NCBI GenBank assembly: GCA_951406725.2
Contig: OX597816.1
Location: 75,454,001 to 75,518,000, forward strand
DNA from: Octopus vulgaris
Lineage: Eukaryota
Direction of reading: 5' to 3'
Length of the DNA stretch: 64,000 bases
Shown: positions 23,765 to 36,000 of the stretch, in pieces
How the letters are laid out: the number at the start of each line of letters is the position of its first letter
Position numbering within the stretch: position 1 is the first letter of the stretch
The notes under the pieces: model-generated
Seen by the model: only the letters and a program-made list of their open reading frames with translations
Told to the model about the DNA's origin: nothing
Database searches by the model: none
Translations under genes and position numbers: made by a program

Positions 23765-24595
23765 CAGGGGTTGGACAAAATAATGGAAACACCTAGCATA
23801 GAGCATCATAATTTTGAAATATCAATAAAACCGTTGAAAGTTTGTTTATTTTTATGTTTTTTATTTATTATTAGTGTTGCTTAATATGTTTTGATAAAAT
23901 TGCTGTTACTTTTCAGATATCATCAGAAAAAGGTAATTAAAATTCATTGAAATGACAGATCTATCAAACTTCCAAAGAGGTGAAATTGTTGGTGCTCGAA
24001 TGGCAGGCACTAGCGTAACAAAAACAGCTGAAATGTTTAGTGTATCAAGAACTACTTTCTGGAAAGTAATGACAGCCTTTGAGAAAGAGGGAAAAACCTC
24101 CTTGTTGAAACAAAACTCCAGAAGAAAACCAAAACTTTCAGATAGGGACTGTCAGACTCTTACGCGAATTGTTAGAAAAGATCACAAAAGTACAGCTCCC
24201 AAAATTACTGCAGAACTTGATGGCCACCTTGAGAACCCAGTTTCCACAAAAAACTCTTTGCTGGGAGCTGCACAGAGCCGGATTTCACGGGAGCGCTGCA
24301 ATTAGAAAACCACTACTTTCAAAAACAAATGTTGCAAAGCATTTAGAGTGGAGTAAAAACCTACAGAATTGGTCCCAAGAGCAGCGGGAAAATGTTATTT
24401 TCTCAAACGAGTCATCCTTTACCTTTTTTCCAACCACTGGCCAAGTATACTTGTGGAGACAGCCAATTCAAACTTTGTATGAGTCCATACCTCATCTAAT
24501 TCAAGCTGTAATTACTGCCAAAGGCGGTCTTAACCAATATTAAAATAAATTTGTTTGAAATTTTAAGGTGTTTCTGTTATTTTGTCCAACCCCTG
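23765..24595 (+). mobile_element. Tc1 element, internally deleted
   Basis: TIRs CAGGGGTTGGACAAAATAATGGAAACACCT / AGGTGTTTCTGTTATTTTGTCCAACCCCTG, TA flanks. Tc1 N-terminus MTDLSNFQRGEIVGARMAG, VIFSNES, then jumps to LYESIP...VITAKGG. Confidence 0.92.
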
Positions 24596-24650
<55 letters not shown>

Positions 24651-24971
24651 TTGTCACTAAATGTGAGTAGGGTGTTAGAAACACCAACATTGTTAGAAAT
24701 CAGAGCTAAAATGCTCTGATATTGTAGTTAATGCACATAAATGTAAATATATACACTAAGAGGGACCTTAATTGTCTGAAAAATACTGATGTCAGTTTCA
24801 GTAGTTTCCATTGATTCATCATTTAAGACTGGCTCAAATCTTTGGCTAGACACATTTAGTGACAAGTATAATTCTCCTTTTTGGTGTAACATTGCAAACT
24901 GCTGTTTATATTAATTTTTATGTAATACACATTAGTGAATCACTAGATTATCCATATAAAAGAGAAGTGAG

Positions 24972-25293
24972 CTGGTTCAGTCCCACTGCATGGCACCTTG
25001 AGCAAGTGTCTTCTACTATAGCCGTGAGCCAATCAAAACCTTGTGAGTGGATTTGGTAGATGAAAACTAAAAAGAAGCCCGTCGTATATATATGTGTATA
25101 TGTGTGTGTATGTCTTTGTGTCTATTCTTATCCACCACCCCATGCTTCACCTGACAACTGATGTTGGTGTGTTTTTGTCCCTGTAACTTAGCAGTTTGGC
25201 AAAAGAGATCAATAGAATAAGTACCAGGCTTACAAAGAGTAAGTCCTGGTGTCAATTTCTTTGACTAAAAGGTGGTGTTAAAGAATAAAAGAA
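24972..25293 (+). repeat. tRNA-derived SINE (major family)
   Basis: Homologous to 19830-20200, 5'-truncated. Confidence 0.8.
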
Positions 25294-25489
25294 TACATGT
25301 AAAAACATAAAACCAAGAGATTTGAAAGTTGAATATATATCTATTTAACCAAGTGGTTTCCATAGGTTTACAGCCATTTGTATATTTTTTCCTGTAATAT
25401 CAATTTCAGTATGCAGGAATTTATGCATACATATTAGCATTAATATGTAATAACGGCAGGGTTTTGACAAGAACTTCATATTGCCAGAT

Positions 25490-26080
25490 TTCTCAGTCTT
25501 TTGTCATTTCCTCTGTAAAGCTTAGTCCTAAGGTCAGCCTTCACCGTTTCATCCCATGTTTTTCTCATCCACAAGCTCCAACCACATCATCATTAAATGT
25601 CCATTGTCCATGCTAGCATGGGTTTGATAGTTTGACTAGGCTGGCATGGTGGAAGGCTGCACCAGACTCCAGTCTGATTTGGCATGGTTTTCTACAGCTG
25701 TATGCCTTTCCTAACACCAACCACTCCAAAGGTGTAATGGGCGTTTTTACATGCCACCAGTATGGGTGCCATTTGTGTGACATCAGGGTGCTTTTACGTC
25801 CCACCAGCATGGGTGCCATTTGCGTGACACCAGTATCTGTCACAACTGTGATTTTGCTCAGCTTGATGGGTCTTCTCAAGCATGACATAATGCCAAAGGT
25901 CTTGGTCATTACCTCTGTGAGGCTCAACACTTGAAAGGAACTCAGCCACTTTGTCTCCATGAGGCCAAACTTTCAAAAGGAACTCAAGCACTTTGCCTCT
26001 GTGAGGCCCAATGATTGAAAAGTTTTCTTTATGTACCACTAGCACAGGCCCACTTGGCTTGATGGGTCCACTCAAGCGAC
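25490..26080 (-). repeat. RTE 3' end fragments
   Basis: Tail motif plus aaaggaactcagccactttg units as in 3120-3860. Confidence 0.7.
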
Positions 26081-26146
26081 AAGCAGGAACAGAAAACAAG
26101 TATTCTCAATACTAAAGAGACCTGGATGTCTTAAAACTGGTATATA

Positions 26147-27023
26147 CAGAATGTCCCAAAAGTCACTGATAGGTTTCAGTTTTTTATAACAACCTTAACT
26201 TCACAAATAAATGCATGAAATTTTGATACAATATAAAAGACATAATGGAAATTAATATGCACAAGTAAAATTTTGCAACACCATTATATTACATAAAAAA
26301 ATGACATCGCTTAAATTGCAGTCATTTTTGGCTTTGCATGCCCGTGCTCTTTCTAAAACTTGTACCACAACACCAGTAAGAGTTTCAGAACCCACTTTTC
26401 TGATTTCTCTATTGATATTCTCCATCATTTGCACGAAGGTTTCTAGTTTGTTGACGTAAACCCTTTCTTTCATGTATCCCCATAAGAAAAAATCGAGGCT
26501 AGTCAAGCCTGGGGAATGTGAAAGCCAGTTGACATTGCCGTAGTGGGAAATTATTCTCTCTCCAAAGCACTGTCGTAGCAACTATATTGTTTCTCTTGCA
26601 GTATGAGCAGTTGCCCCATCTTGCTGGAACCATGTGTGAGGTCTACTTTGAATGTTCCCCAGTCTTGATTAGCCCGGATATTTTTCTTGTGGGTATAGCT
26701 GAAAGAGAGGGTTTATGTCAACAAACCAGAGACCCTGGTGCAACTGAAGAACATCAGTAAAAAAATCAGAGAAGTGGGGTCCGAAACTCTTGAGAGTGTT
26801 ATGGTGCAAGTTTTGGAAAGAGCACAGACATGTGAAGCTGAAAATGGATGCCATTTAAGTGAGGTCATTTTTCATACGTGATGTACTGATGTTGCAAAAT
26901 TTGACTTATGCATATTAATTTCCATTATGTTCTTTATATTGTATCATAATTTTATGCATTTATTTGTAGAATTAATGAAGTTATTAAAAAATGAAACCTG
27001 TCAGTGACGTTTGGGACACCCTG
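26147..27023. mobile_element. Palindromic DD41D (rosa/Visitor-like) derivative built from two 3' ends
   Basis: TA-flanked TIRs. Left arm (minus) WFQQDGATAHT...41 aa...LDFFLWGYMKERVY; right arm (plus) LKERVYVNKPETLVQLK...NGCHLSEVIF. Confidence 0.88.
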
Positions 27024-27150
27024 TATAAACTTGGCATCTTTAGTGCCAAGTACTATCATAAAATGGCCATTTCACAACAAATAGACATAAACTGGAATTT
27101 CTAATAGTAATTGTTCATCCATTATCTTAAAATAATATCATCAGCTTTAA

Positions 27151-27370
27151 CCCTTTAGTATTCTGGTTATTCTGTCAAATTTAATGCTAATTTATTCACA
27201 TTGTTTTGGGTTAATCATGCATTATCTGGTAGCTTTGAAATTTTGATGATGTGATTGTTTATTTTGAAAATGATATTGTAGGGTAGATGTAAAAGGCTGG
27301 TTATAGCCAGTTTGAACATAAAATGGGTAGAATATTTTGGCTGGATATGGCTGGTTTAAATGCTAAAGGG
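27151..27370. mobile_element. piggyBac-type MITE
   Basis: TTAA-CCCTTTAG ... CTAAAGGG-TTAA; a related terminus at about 6002-6025. Confidence 0.8.
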
Positions 27371-28267
27371 TTAAGTGGCTACAGGCAGTTAAAAAATATT
27401 TAGAAACATAGTTTTATACTTCTTTTCTATGTCACCAGAGTCTGCAAAGTCATACACATGCCTAAGGTTCTTTTTAAGTATTATATAAAATTATCTTAAG
27501 AGGAATAACAGTATCATTTAATAGATGTAGATGTGAATTTTAATCAAAATTGTTTTTCGAATTACACTGTGGCAGGGATTTGAAACCTAACTGCTAGATG
27601 CTTGGATCAGACACATGGAAACCACTACAGTTTCTCCGCAATAGGTCTATAAATTGACCAATCAGCATGAGGCTGTGGTGTAATATGGTTTTCTTGAATG
27701 TTCTACAATTTAACCATTTCTCCCCTACAAAAACAGCTTCTAGTGCTCAATTCATCACAGAATGTTGTAGGTGGATGACTGATTCATGTGCCTCCTTTCT
27801 TGGCAGGTAGATGGCCAATGGATTGCTGACACGACAGGTCACCTTTGAGATTTGCACAGATAACTTTAGTATTTTCAGTATTTTGGACTGACTACATGAG
27901 GCCAAAAGATGGCTTTCTATATTTTCAGAGCAACTTTTCTCTCTCTCCCATTCAGCAATTATTTATATTGTTCATTATAACTAGCTAACACCAAATATCA
28001 TTATGTCTGGTAATATAAAATTAGATGTGCATGAGTTTGCTTCAGCAATTATTCTCACAGCCAACAATATCCACTTGTACACTACACAATGTTAATAAAG
28101 CCATCCACTTCATCAATGATAATGCATACTTCTGAAGTTTATCTTCATTGACCAGCTTAACCCAAGTGACAACCAAACCCTTGTGACAACACAATCATTT
28201 TATATGAGAACTCTAATAAATAACAAATTAAATAAAACAGTAGATAATTATAATCAACATACTAATA

Positions 28268-28450
28268 TTGGTTTCAAATTTTGGAACAAGGCCAGTAATT
28301 TTAGGGAGGGGTTAAGTCGATTACATCAATCCCAATAATCAACTGGTACTTATTGACTTTGAAAGGATGAAAGGCAAAGTTGACCGTGACTGAATTTGAA
28401 CTCGGAATATAAAGATGGATGGAATGCTGGTATGCATTTTAACCAGTGTG
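28268..28450 (-). repeat. CORE-type SINE fragment
   Basis: Minus strand gagttcaaattc...gtcaactttgcctttcatcctttc...ataagtaccag, resembling the CORE domain as recalled. Confidence 0.55.
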
Positions 28451-28489
28451 CTCATTTCCTTAATCAACACACTAATATTAATGCAAATG

Positions 28490-28797
28490 GGTAAAGACCC
28501 CCTTTGGTCATGAATGACCATGGTACTGCACCTAGAAAGTTACCCTCTGAAGCATTAAGTCCGGGCAAAGTTGTTTATGGAAGACCAGCAGTCACCTGTG
28601 CAAACAAGTCTCCCCCTTTCACGCCACCAGTGTTATCCAAGGGAAAAGCAAAGGCTGACACAGCTTGGCACCAGTGATGTTGCAACTCATTTCTACAGCA
28701 AAGGGAACTGGAGCAAAGTGAAATAAAGTGTCTTGCACAAGAACACAATCTCATGATTGTGAGCTGACACTCTAGTTACTGAGCCATGCACCTTCAC
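28490..28797 (-). repeat. tRNA-derived SINE (second family)
   Basis: Ends in ctgagccatgcaccttcac, the reverse complement of the 9311 head. Confidence 0.6.
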
Positions 28798-29601
28798 AAT
28801 ATTTATATACGTGTTTTTAAAATACATCTGGACTACAGAAAATGAACATATATGTCGCGGATTGCATTTTCAATTTAAATGCTTAGGCATTACTCTCCTG
28901 ACGATCTAGCATCCCCACATGGAAACATTTAATCTTATTGTTCAGGGTTGAAAAATACTTCAAGCACATAAAAGTTACAATTAACAGGATATAAAGTTCA
29001 AGTAAGACACCCACAGCTCCCATTTGTCATAGCACAGTTGTTGCATACAGATATCTTAGAGCACATCTCCCTAAAGTCCAACAGATTGATTTGTCATGCA
29101 ATGGCTCACCAATAACCAAAGACGTACCGTTATTTTCTGTCTTTTCTACCCCCACTACAATAACGTATGTGTTTCCAGAAATAGCACATCTTGTGTCGCC
29201 ACCACTCAACCCCACCCAATTAACTCGTCATCCATGTTGTTCGTCCTCTTAGTAACCACTAGGAACACTTCTTTTTTTCATCTGAAATTCCCTCGCTGTC
29301 TGTTTTCTCGCAGTCGTAAACTTGCACTTGTTCAAGAACATCAATCACGCCGATCTCACCTTGACGGAGTTATGAATGAGATATTCTAAAGCTAATACGG
29401 ATAGCTTTAAAATATTTATTTCTACCAAACAAATAGATATAACACAAGGTGCCAGTATTTACGAAACAAATTCCACGCCTCAGAACAAGGAACCAATTAA
29501 CTTGGGTAGCTAAGTAAAACACTATTAATTCAAGTTAAACGAAAGTATTCTCAAAACCTGACTAATCAGAACACAGGTTTCAATCTGCTGTTGAGAGAAG
29601 T

Positions 29602-29681
29602 AGCCAATCAGCGTCTTATTTATATTCACAAATAAAGTGTTAGTCTGCTCTATTGACGTCATTGTAAACTATAATGGCGGA
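29602..29681 (+). promoter_or_regulatory. SLC25A32 core promoter: CCAAT box, CRE palindrome, YY1/TISU-like motif
   Basis: AGCCAATCAG 29602-29611, TGACGTCA 29654-29661, AATGGCGG 29673-29680, within a CpG-retaining region upstream of the ATG. Confidence 0.65.
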
Positions 29682-29818
29682 CGCACCTGTGAGTTCGTCC
29701 GTTTCCACGAAATTGTTGTGTCAACGAGCCAGAACTTACTGCTTCTTTAATGCAGTTTTTATATGATAACCACAAGGAAACATTTTCTTTCGTTAAGTAA
29801 GTTGATTGCTAAAATATC

Positions 29819-30092
29819 ATGTCTAAAGTTGCGACGGCCGCAACTGCTGTGGCAGTAATGGATGCTTCAAACGTGAAATCTAAAGTTTCTGTCCAGAACA
29901 CATCAAATAACAACCGTTTACTTGGCTTGGCGGCCGCTACCGGTTCCTCATCGACCTCTTCGACATCTCCATCGCGACCTCGACCAATAGTGAGGTGGCG
30001 TGACATGGAACATCTGGTTGCTGGCATCAGTGGTGGAGTACTTTCGACCCTAGTTTTACACCCTTTAGATCTGGTCAAAATAAGGTTTCAAG
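29819..30092 (+). CDS. SLC25A32: SLC25A32 exon 1 coding part
   Basis: ATG at 29819; donor CAAG|GTAAGA; 274 nt, phase 1. Confidence 0.9.
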
Positions 30093-33000
30093 GTAAGACC
30101 AAAACATTGATGAAAGATCCCTAATGTTGAGTTTTTCTTTCAGTTAATTTTTCTTTGCCGTGAACCATTTATTTTTGGTTTAGTACATATCTCTTTTCGA
30201 TTTTAGTATAAATAATAATGAGAATAATCGCTAGAATTTCAAGAAGGCTGCAGAAAGCACACGCTAAAATAAATAATTAGTGGTATTTTAATGTTCCACG
30301 AGGAGTAGGGAAGTTTCGAGTACGGTCCCTTAATTTCATTTAACGAAATGAAGTTTATACCTTCTCAAAGACGATTATCAACACAAAACGAAGCATTTTC
30401 GATTTTCAACCCGGTTTATAGATTTTAATTATTAGTTATAATCGTTGTTCGTATGTCAACTATAATATCTTTAAAAAAGTAATGAATGTTGTATACTTGC
30501 CTCTTACGAAATCAAACCATGCCTTGTTGGTTGGTTATATCTATATTCGAAGAAAATTGTTCAAAGTTATGAAAAATTATGAATAGAAAAAGAATAGCCA
30601 GCATGCAGGAAGTTCCCGATTGTTTCACTTTAGCTTTAATCATACACTCACGTACGCATGTATTTGTATATCCCTAATTTTTTTAAATTATTATACAACT
30701 ATAACTTACTCCGTTGTAAACATTGAACATTTTCTTCGTCTTTACCTCACTTCTCGATTCTTCGGTTTCAGTCATTTCACGTGTTTGAACTCCCAGAGGG
30801 TTCTTTCGAGATTTTGATTTGTAAACATTTGGTATTAATTTGTCTGAGTGAAACAAATCAAGATCAAGCTCCTACTATGTAGATTAACAGGTGAAAGTAC
30901 TTCCAAGTTAAACATATCTTGTAATCGCTTAGGAAAATTAAATAAAAAAAATTATTAAACCTAAAGCTATAACATTATTTATATTGTATCGTTTTATATA
31001 TAATAAAATATAGTCGAATATATCCGGTTTTTCTTGCCTAGGGAAATATTTAGTAAAATGCGCTAATGGGTTATCATCTCTCGTTTATGCTAACATACAT
31101 AATCAAAAGGCAACGTTTTCGTTAAATACGCATAAAATATTGCTTATAAAACAAGTTTAAATATATCCTTTATAATAACGCTATGTCTTTTATACACTTC
31201 TCGGAATTATGTATTGTATTTATAAATGTCTTTGTAAAATTTAAATGATTTTGAATGATGCTAGAACAGCAGTATATGAATGAGAAATTCTGGTACCTTT
31301 TGTATGTCACCTCTTCTTCAAAATAACAGAAAGTGGTTTAGATGCCTGTCATAAAGAGAAAATCGCCATGCGAATCTTTCAATTTTTAAAAAGTTAATCG
31401 ATCCCATTGTGCGTTTCCAACGTCTCAAGATTTCAGATTTTAGACATAAATAGCAAAATCAATAGCCGCTGGAAACCATCTAATTAATTTAATATCACGA
31501 AGGTGACACTAAAAGAGGTTGCTCATGTTTGTAAAGCTTATCTTAAAATGCGGAAATTATGATGCCCGTGAGATTTTATAACAGAAAGAGAAGAGTAAAA
31601 ACCCCCATGAAAATATATTGTGAAAAAGTGACCATTTTCATTGTAGAGAATTACTGAGAAAGGTATGATGAATATGTCTGGGTAGCATGCATGTTAAATA
31701 AAAATTCATCGGTAATTTTTTTTTTTTAGCTAATACAAATCACAAAATCTGTATCTGCGTTGTACAATAGATATGTAAGTGCCAATGAATGAAACCCTCG
31801 GCCCTTAAGTCACCCTGTATCATTTGCTGATTAATCAACACACACATGTATGGTCAATGCGGGTCCTCTACTTTAGTGTATTTAAGTGTTTATATTTTGC
31901 TTTTCACAACGTACCAGTTTGTTTTCAACAATAATGCTTGTACACATTTTATGAAAAATCCTGTAGGTCGCAGAATCAGATGTTTTGCGGTGCTTGTTGC
32001 GATTCTTAACACTCTGAGTTCACCACATGGTCAAGTCTCTTTTACTATAACTTCGGGCGACGGGCCGACCAAATTTGTGAGTGGATTTGGTTGACAGAAA
32101 CTGAAAAAAGCCCGTCCGGCTATATATATATAGGCGGAAAGAAATTCATAAATTATTTTTTTTATTTAAGTGTAATGGAAAATAGTTTAAAAAAATGTTT
32201 TAGATTCATTTATTTTTCGTTTGAGTTATAGAAAAAAGTTTAAAAAAAGATCCCATGTATCATGGCGAGAGAAACAAATTCATGAATACGGTGTTTAATA
32301 TGGTTTCACCTTGATAAAAAAAAAGTTAAGGGCTATTTAGCTGTTTTTCTCAGTGTGCTTAAATTGCGCTGAATATCCAATGGGATTGCTCGGTTTGGCT
32401 CATTCCTTAAAGGTCTTCATTTTCGAAGACTAAATTCTTTCTCTTCGAAAGTCCTCTCCCCATCCCTTCGAAAGCAAAAATTCCCTCACAAATTTCTTTA
32501 TAATCGGTTCGTTGGCACAAACTTTTGTTCTCGTCATTCGTTTAATGTACATATTTTTTTTTTACACCTATTACACTTTTTTTTTTGTTGGTGGCCGGAT
32601 GTTAAAGTAAACGTTAACTATATATATATATATATATATTTGGATAGAGATAATTAGAAACTGAAGGGAACATTTTGATTATAGTTTGATTGTGTGTATG
32701 TATAGAGCAGAGTTTGCAAATCCATATGGATCTTTTGAGGTCCATGTGGATTTAAATGAAACTTTCTGGTCGGAGTTTTGGAACAAGCACCTTGAAACTT
32801 TTTTTAAGTACACAAAACACAAGGTCACTGAGATTATGATTTGGGTAGAAGAAAAAAATCTTTTCTTCGTTTTGGAGTATGCAACTATTGGTGTTTTCGT
32901 TTTTGACTTTTCCAAATTATATTGTCTGAATTGTTTTAAACAGATTACTTTCTGAAAGGAAAATATTTACATATTCAATTTTTAAAACTCCTGCCAGCTC

Positions 33001-36000
33001 TTAAACGAATCATAGGACTCGCTGTGTATTTCATAATATATATTTTTCTTTAAAAAGTGACTTTTTGAGTTTTGTTTTGAATTTCGACAATTCAGAAGTT
33101 GTGGAGGGTGAAAAAAAAAACAAAAAAACTAAAGCGCAATACCTGTCGTCCCCACCCATATGTATTCAATAATGAAAGGAAGCTATTTAGTAAAAGTTAC
33201 TTTCACTTCGTTGACGACAAAAGTGTTCGGATTTTTTAAACAAAAGTACCCCGTATTTTTGGGATTATTTCAGGTGGCTTCTTCAGCATACCTACACATG
33301 TGTGCCGCCCCACGACTTTGTCTCCTCATAACTTTCAGAAAAATGTGTTATATGAGAATTTGTTGTGAAAAACGTTTTCCTAGGGGTGGTGAGAGGAGTT
33401 TCGGAAAATTCACACGAATCGGCTTAGTTTCCTCATAACTTTCAGAAAATGCGTATTTCTTAATGAAATCTGAAAATACCTTTCAGAGTGTGTAGATTAC
33501 GGTTATATCGGAATTTAATATGAAAAAAAAAAAAAAAGGTGGCCACTCTTCACAATTTTTTTCGAAATTTCAAGTTTCATTTTGTAGATACATATATGTG
33601 CAAAGTAAGTACATGTGCGAGCCCGCCATTTTTTTTTTTTCTTTTTCATAATAAATTCCGATATAATCGTAATCTATATCATCTGAAGCTTGTTTGTAGA
33701 AAATTTCATTTAAAAATATCCATTTTTGTGGAACTTATGGGTAAACAAACTTGGTGGGTGGACACACTTGTGCAGGTATGCTTCTTCTAAGAGTGGAAAT
33801 AGTGAAAATACAGGGTGGGGCAGAGGAGATGGACGTTTTTGAAAAATTCACAAAATCATTAATTTTAGCAGCACAAATTTTATTGACATCAATTGGACAG
33901 TTCGACCGGGGATCTGGGAAGCCAGAAGGCTCCATCAGACTGGAGCCTGGTGCGGCCTTCTGGCTTCCCAGATCCCAGGTTGAACCGTCCAACCCATGGA
34001 GAACGGATGTTAAATGATGATGATGATCAATGTGTTCGTATTGAATTAGCATTTTCAAAATCAAGTGTGGAAAACAACATCTATCATGCGGTGTCCATTT
34101 TCATTGATGCGTTTCTGAAGATCTTCTTGGAAGTTGGCCTCCACTCTCTCCAGCATTGCTCTGTTGATTTGGGTGACTTCCATCCGAATAGTTTCCTTCA
34201 AATCATCCAATGTATAAGGCTTAAGCACATACACATGTACCTTGAGGTTTCCCCACAAGAAATAATCACATCTAGACAAATTGGGACTGAGGGGGCCAAG
34301 GAATGACAGCAAACCTGGAAATGAGGCAGTGACTGAAGAGAGGGCGAAGAATGTCCATTGATGCTCTGGTTGTGTGGGCCATTGCCCCATCCTGCTGAAA
34401 CCACACATGTTGAATAGGCTTATGTTTTTGTTGTAATTCAGGCACAAAGATGTTTATCATCTCTATGTAACCCTTGGAATTCACAGTAACAGCATTTCCA
34501 TTACTGTCTTCAAAATAGTAAGGACCAATGACGGCAGCTTTCTAACGGCACACCAAACCATCACTTTTGAACTGTGCAGTCGTCTTTTGTGCTCTTGTTT
34601 TTTCAAGAGCCCAATAATGACAGTTCTGTTGATTCACCATGTCATTGAGATGAAAATGAGGTTGTCATTTGTCTAAAAGATTGCTTCCATCTCATGTGCA
34701 AAGTTAAGCTGCTGTGCATAGTCCCATGGTTTCAACTGTTGCCCAATGACTAACTTGTATAGGTGGAAATGCAGGTCTTCATGCAAAATATACCTTACTG
34801 ATCGATTACTGATACCAAGTTCAATGGAATGCCTCCAAGCAGAGTGATTTGGACTCAGTATCAAAATTTGTCTGATACGTTCCACATTTTCCGGGGTCCA
34901 TACTGCTCGTGGTGCCCCCACTGGTCTCCTATTCATTAGTGTACCTCTTGTACAAAGTGCATTCACCCAACATAAGATTGTGTTATGGGTAGGAATAGCC
35001 TGCTTTTGGTGAATGTTGAAGTGGCAGCGAAACTCATGCTGAACTACTGTGACAGACTCATTATTCTTCACGTAACTGTCATAGGCAAATATGCGATGCT
35101 CTATTGTCCACAGCATCATGGCTTCACCTGAAAAGAAAAAAAATGCCAAGACACCTTGGACCGAATGGTACCTGTCGGACATATGTCCCTCACCCTGGGG
35201 CTGAGTAATATCCATTGCAAGAACGTCTTCTCTGCCCCACCCTGTATTAGCACAAGTGAAATGCATTGTTGCTAAGGACAAGCTGTATGTCATTGCAACA
35301 ATCTCAAAAATATTCTGGTGTTATTTAGAGTTGTTTGCTGTGTAAAATAAGTTTGTGTGTGAAGCAACACATTAGGGTGAAGAAATTAAATTGATAATGT
35401 TGGTGTAGTTTTTGACTTCATATCTTGTGAGAATATCATTTACTAAAATAGTTGTGTAGATTGAACCAGTGAATTTCTTTGTTACTAGTTTGAAGGAATT
35501 TGTATTTATTCTAGATATGAAATGACTCAAACACTGGACTAAATTCTTTTAAAAAAGAGGAAAAATCAGAATCATCTTTAGCATTTTATTGACTAGCATT
35601 GCATACAATATTATTGTAATAGAGAGAATTAGCTGAAAGACCCTCACAAAGCATCAGCAATGAGTTAAGAAAAATCTTTACATTTATGCAGCATATGGAA
35701 AAACAAAAACTTAGTTTATCAGTACATTACAGATTGTCCCAAATAGTGTCCTATTTGTTGAAGACATGCTCTGATATGGAATAAAAAAAAATTAAAGTAA
35801 AGGCATTCTATTGTGAAATTGGCCTGGCAATGAGGAGATACTCAGCTGAAGTCTCTTCAGGAAGATGGCCCTGCTTGATATGTAAGAAGGGTATTGGTAG
35901 AAACTCCATCTGTTGTACCCAGTGCAAGTTTTGAACACATGAGAGGTGTAGTGGTATCACAAGAAGGTTAACAGAAAATAGCCTTTGTGTGTGGCAAATG

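Noticed and set aside
28083-28135. IIIDEVDG Walker-B-like peptide on the minus strand
   Set aside because: Closely bounded by stops, upstream of the RFC1 start, with no Walker A or donor; likely chance.
28899-28930. CTGACGA...GAAAC hammerhead-like words
   Set aside because: No stem II or stem I pairing.
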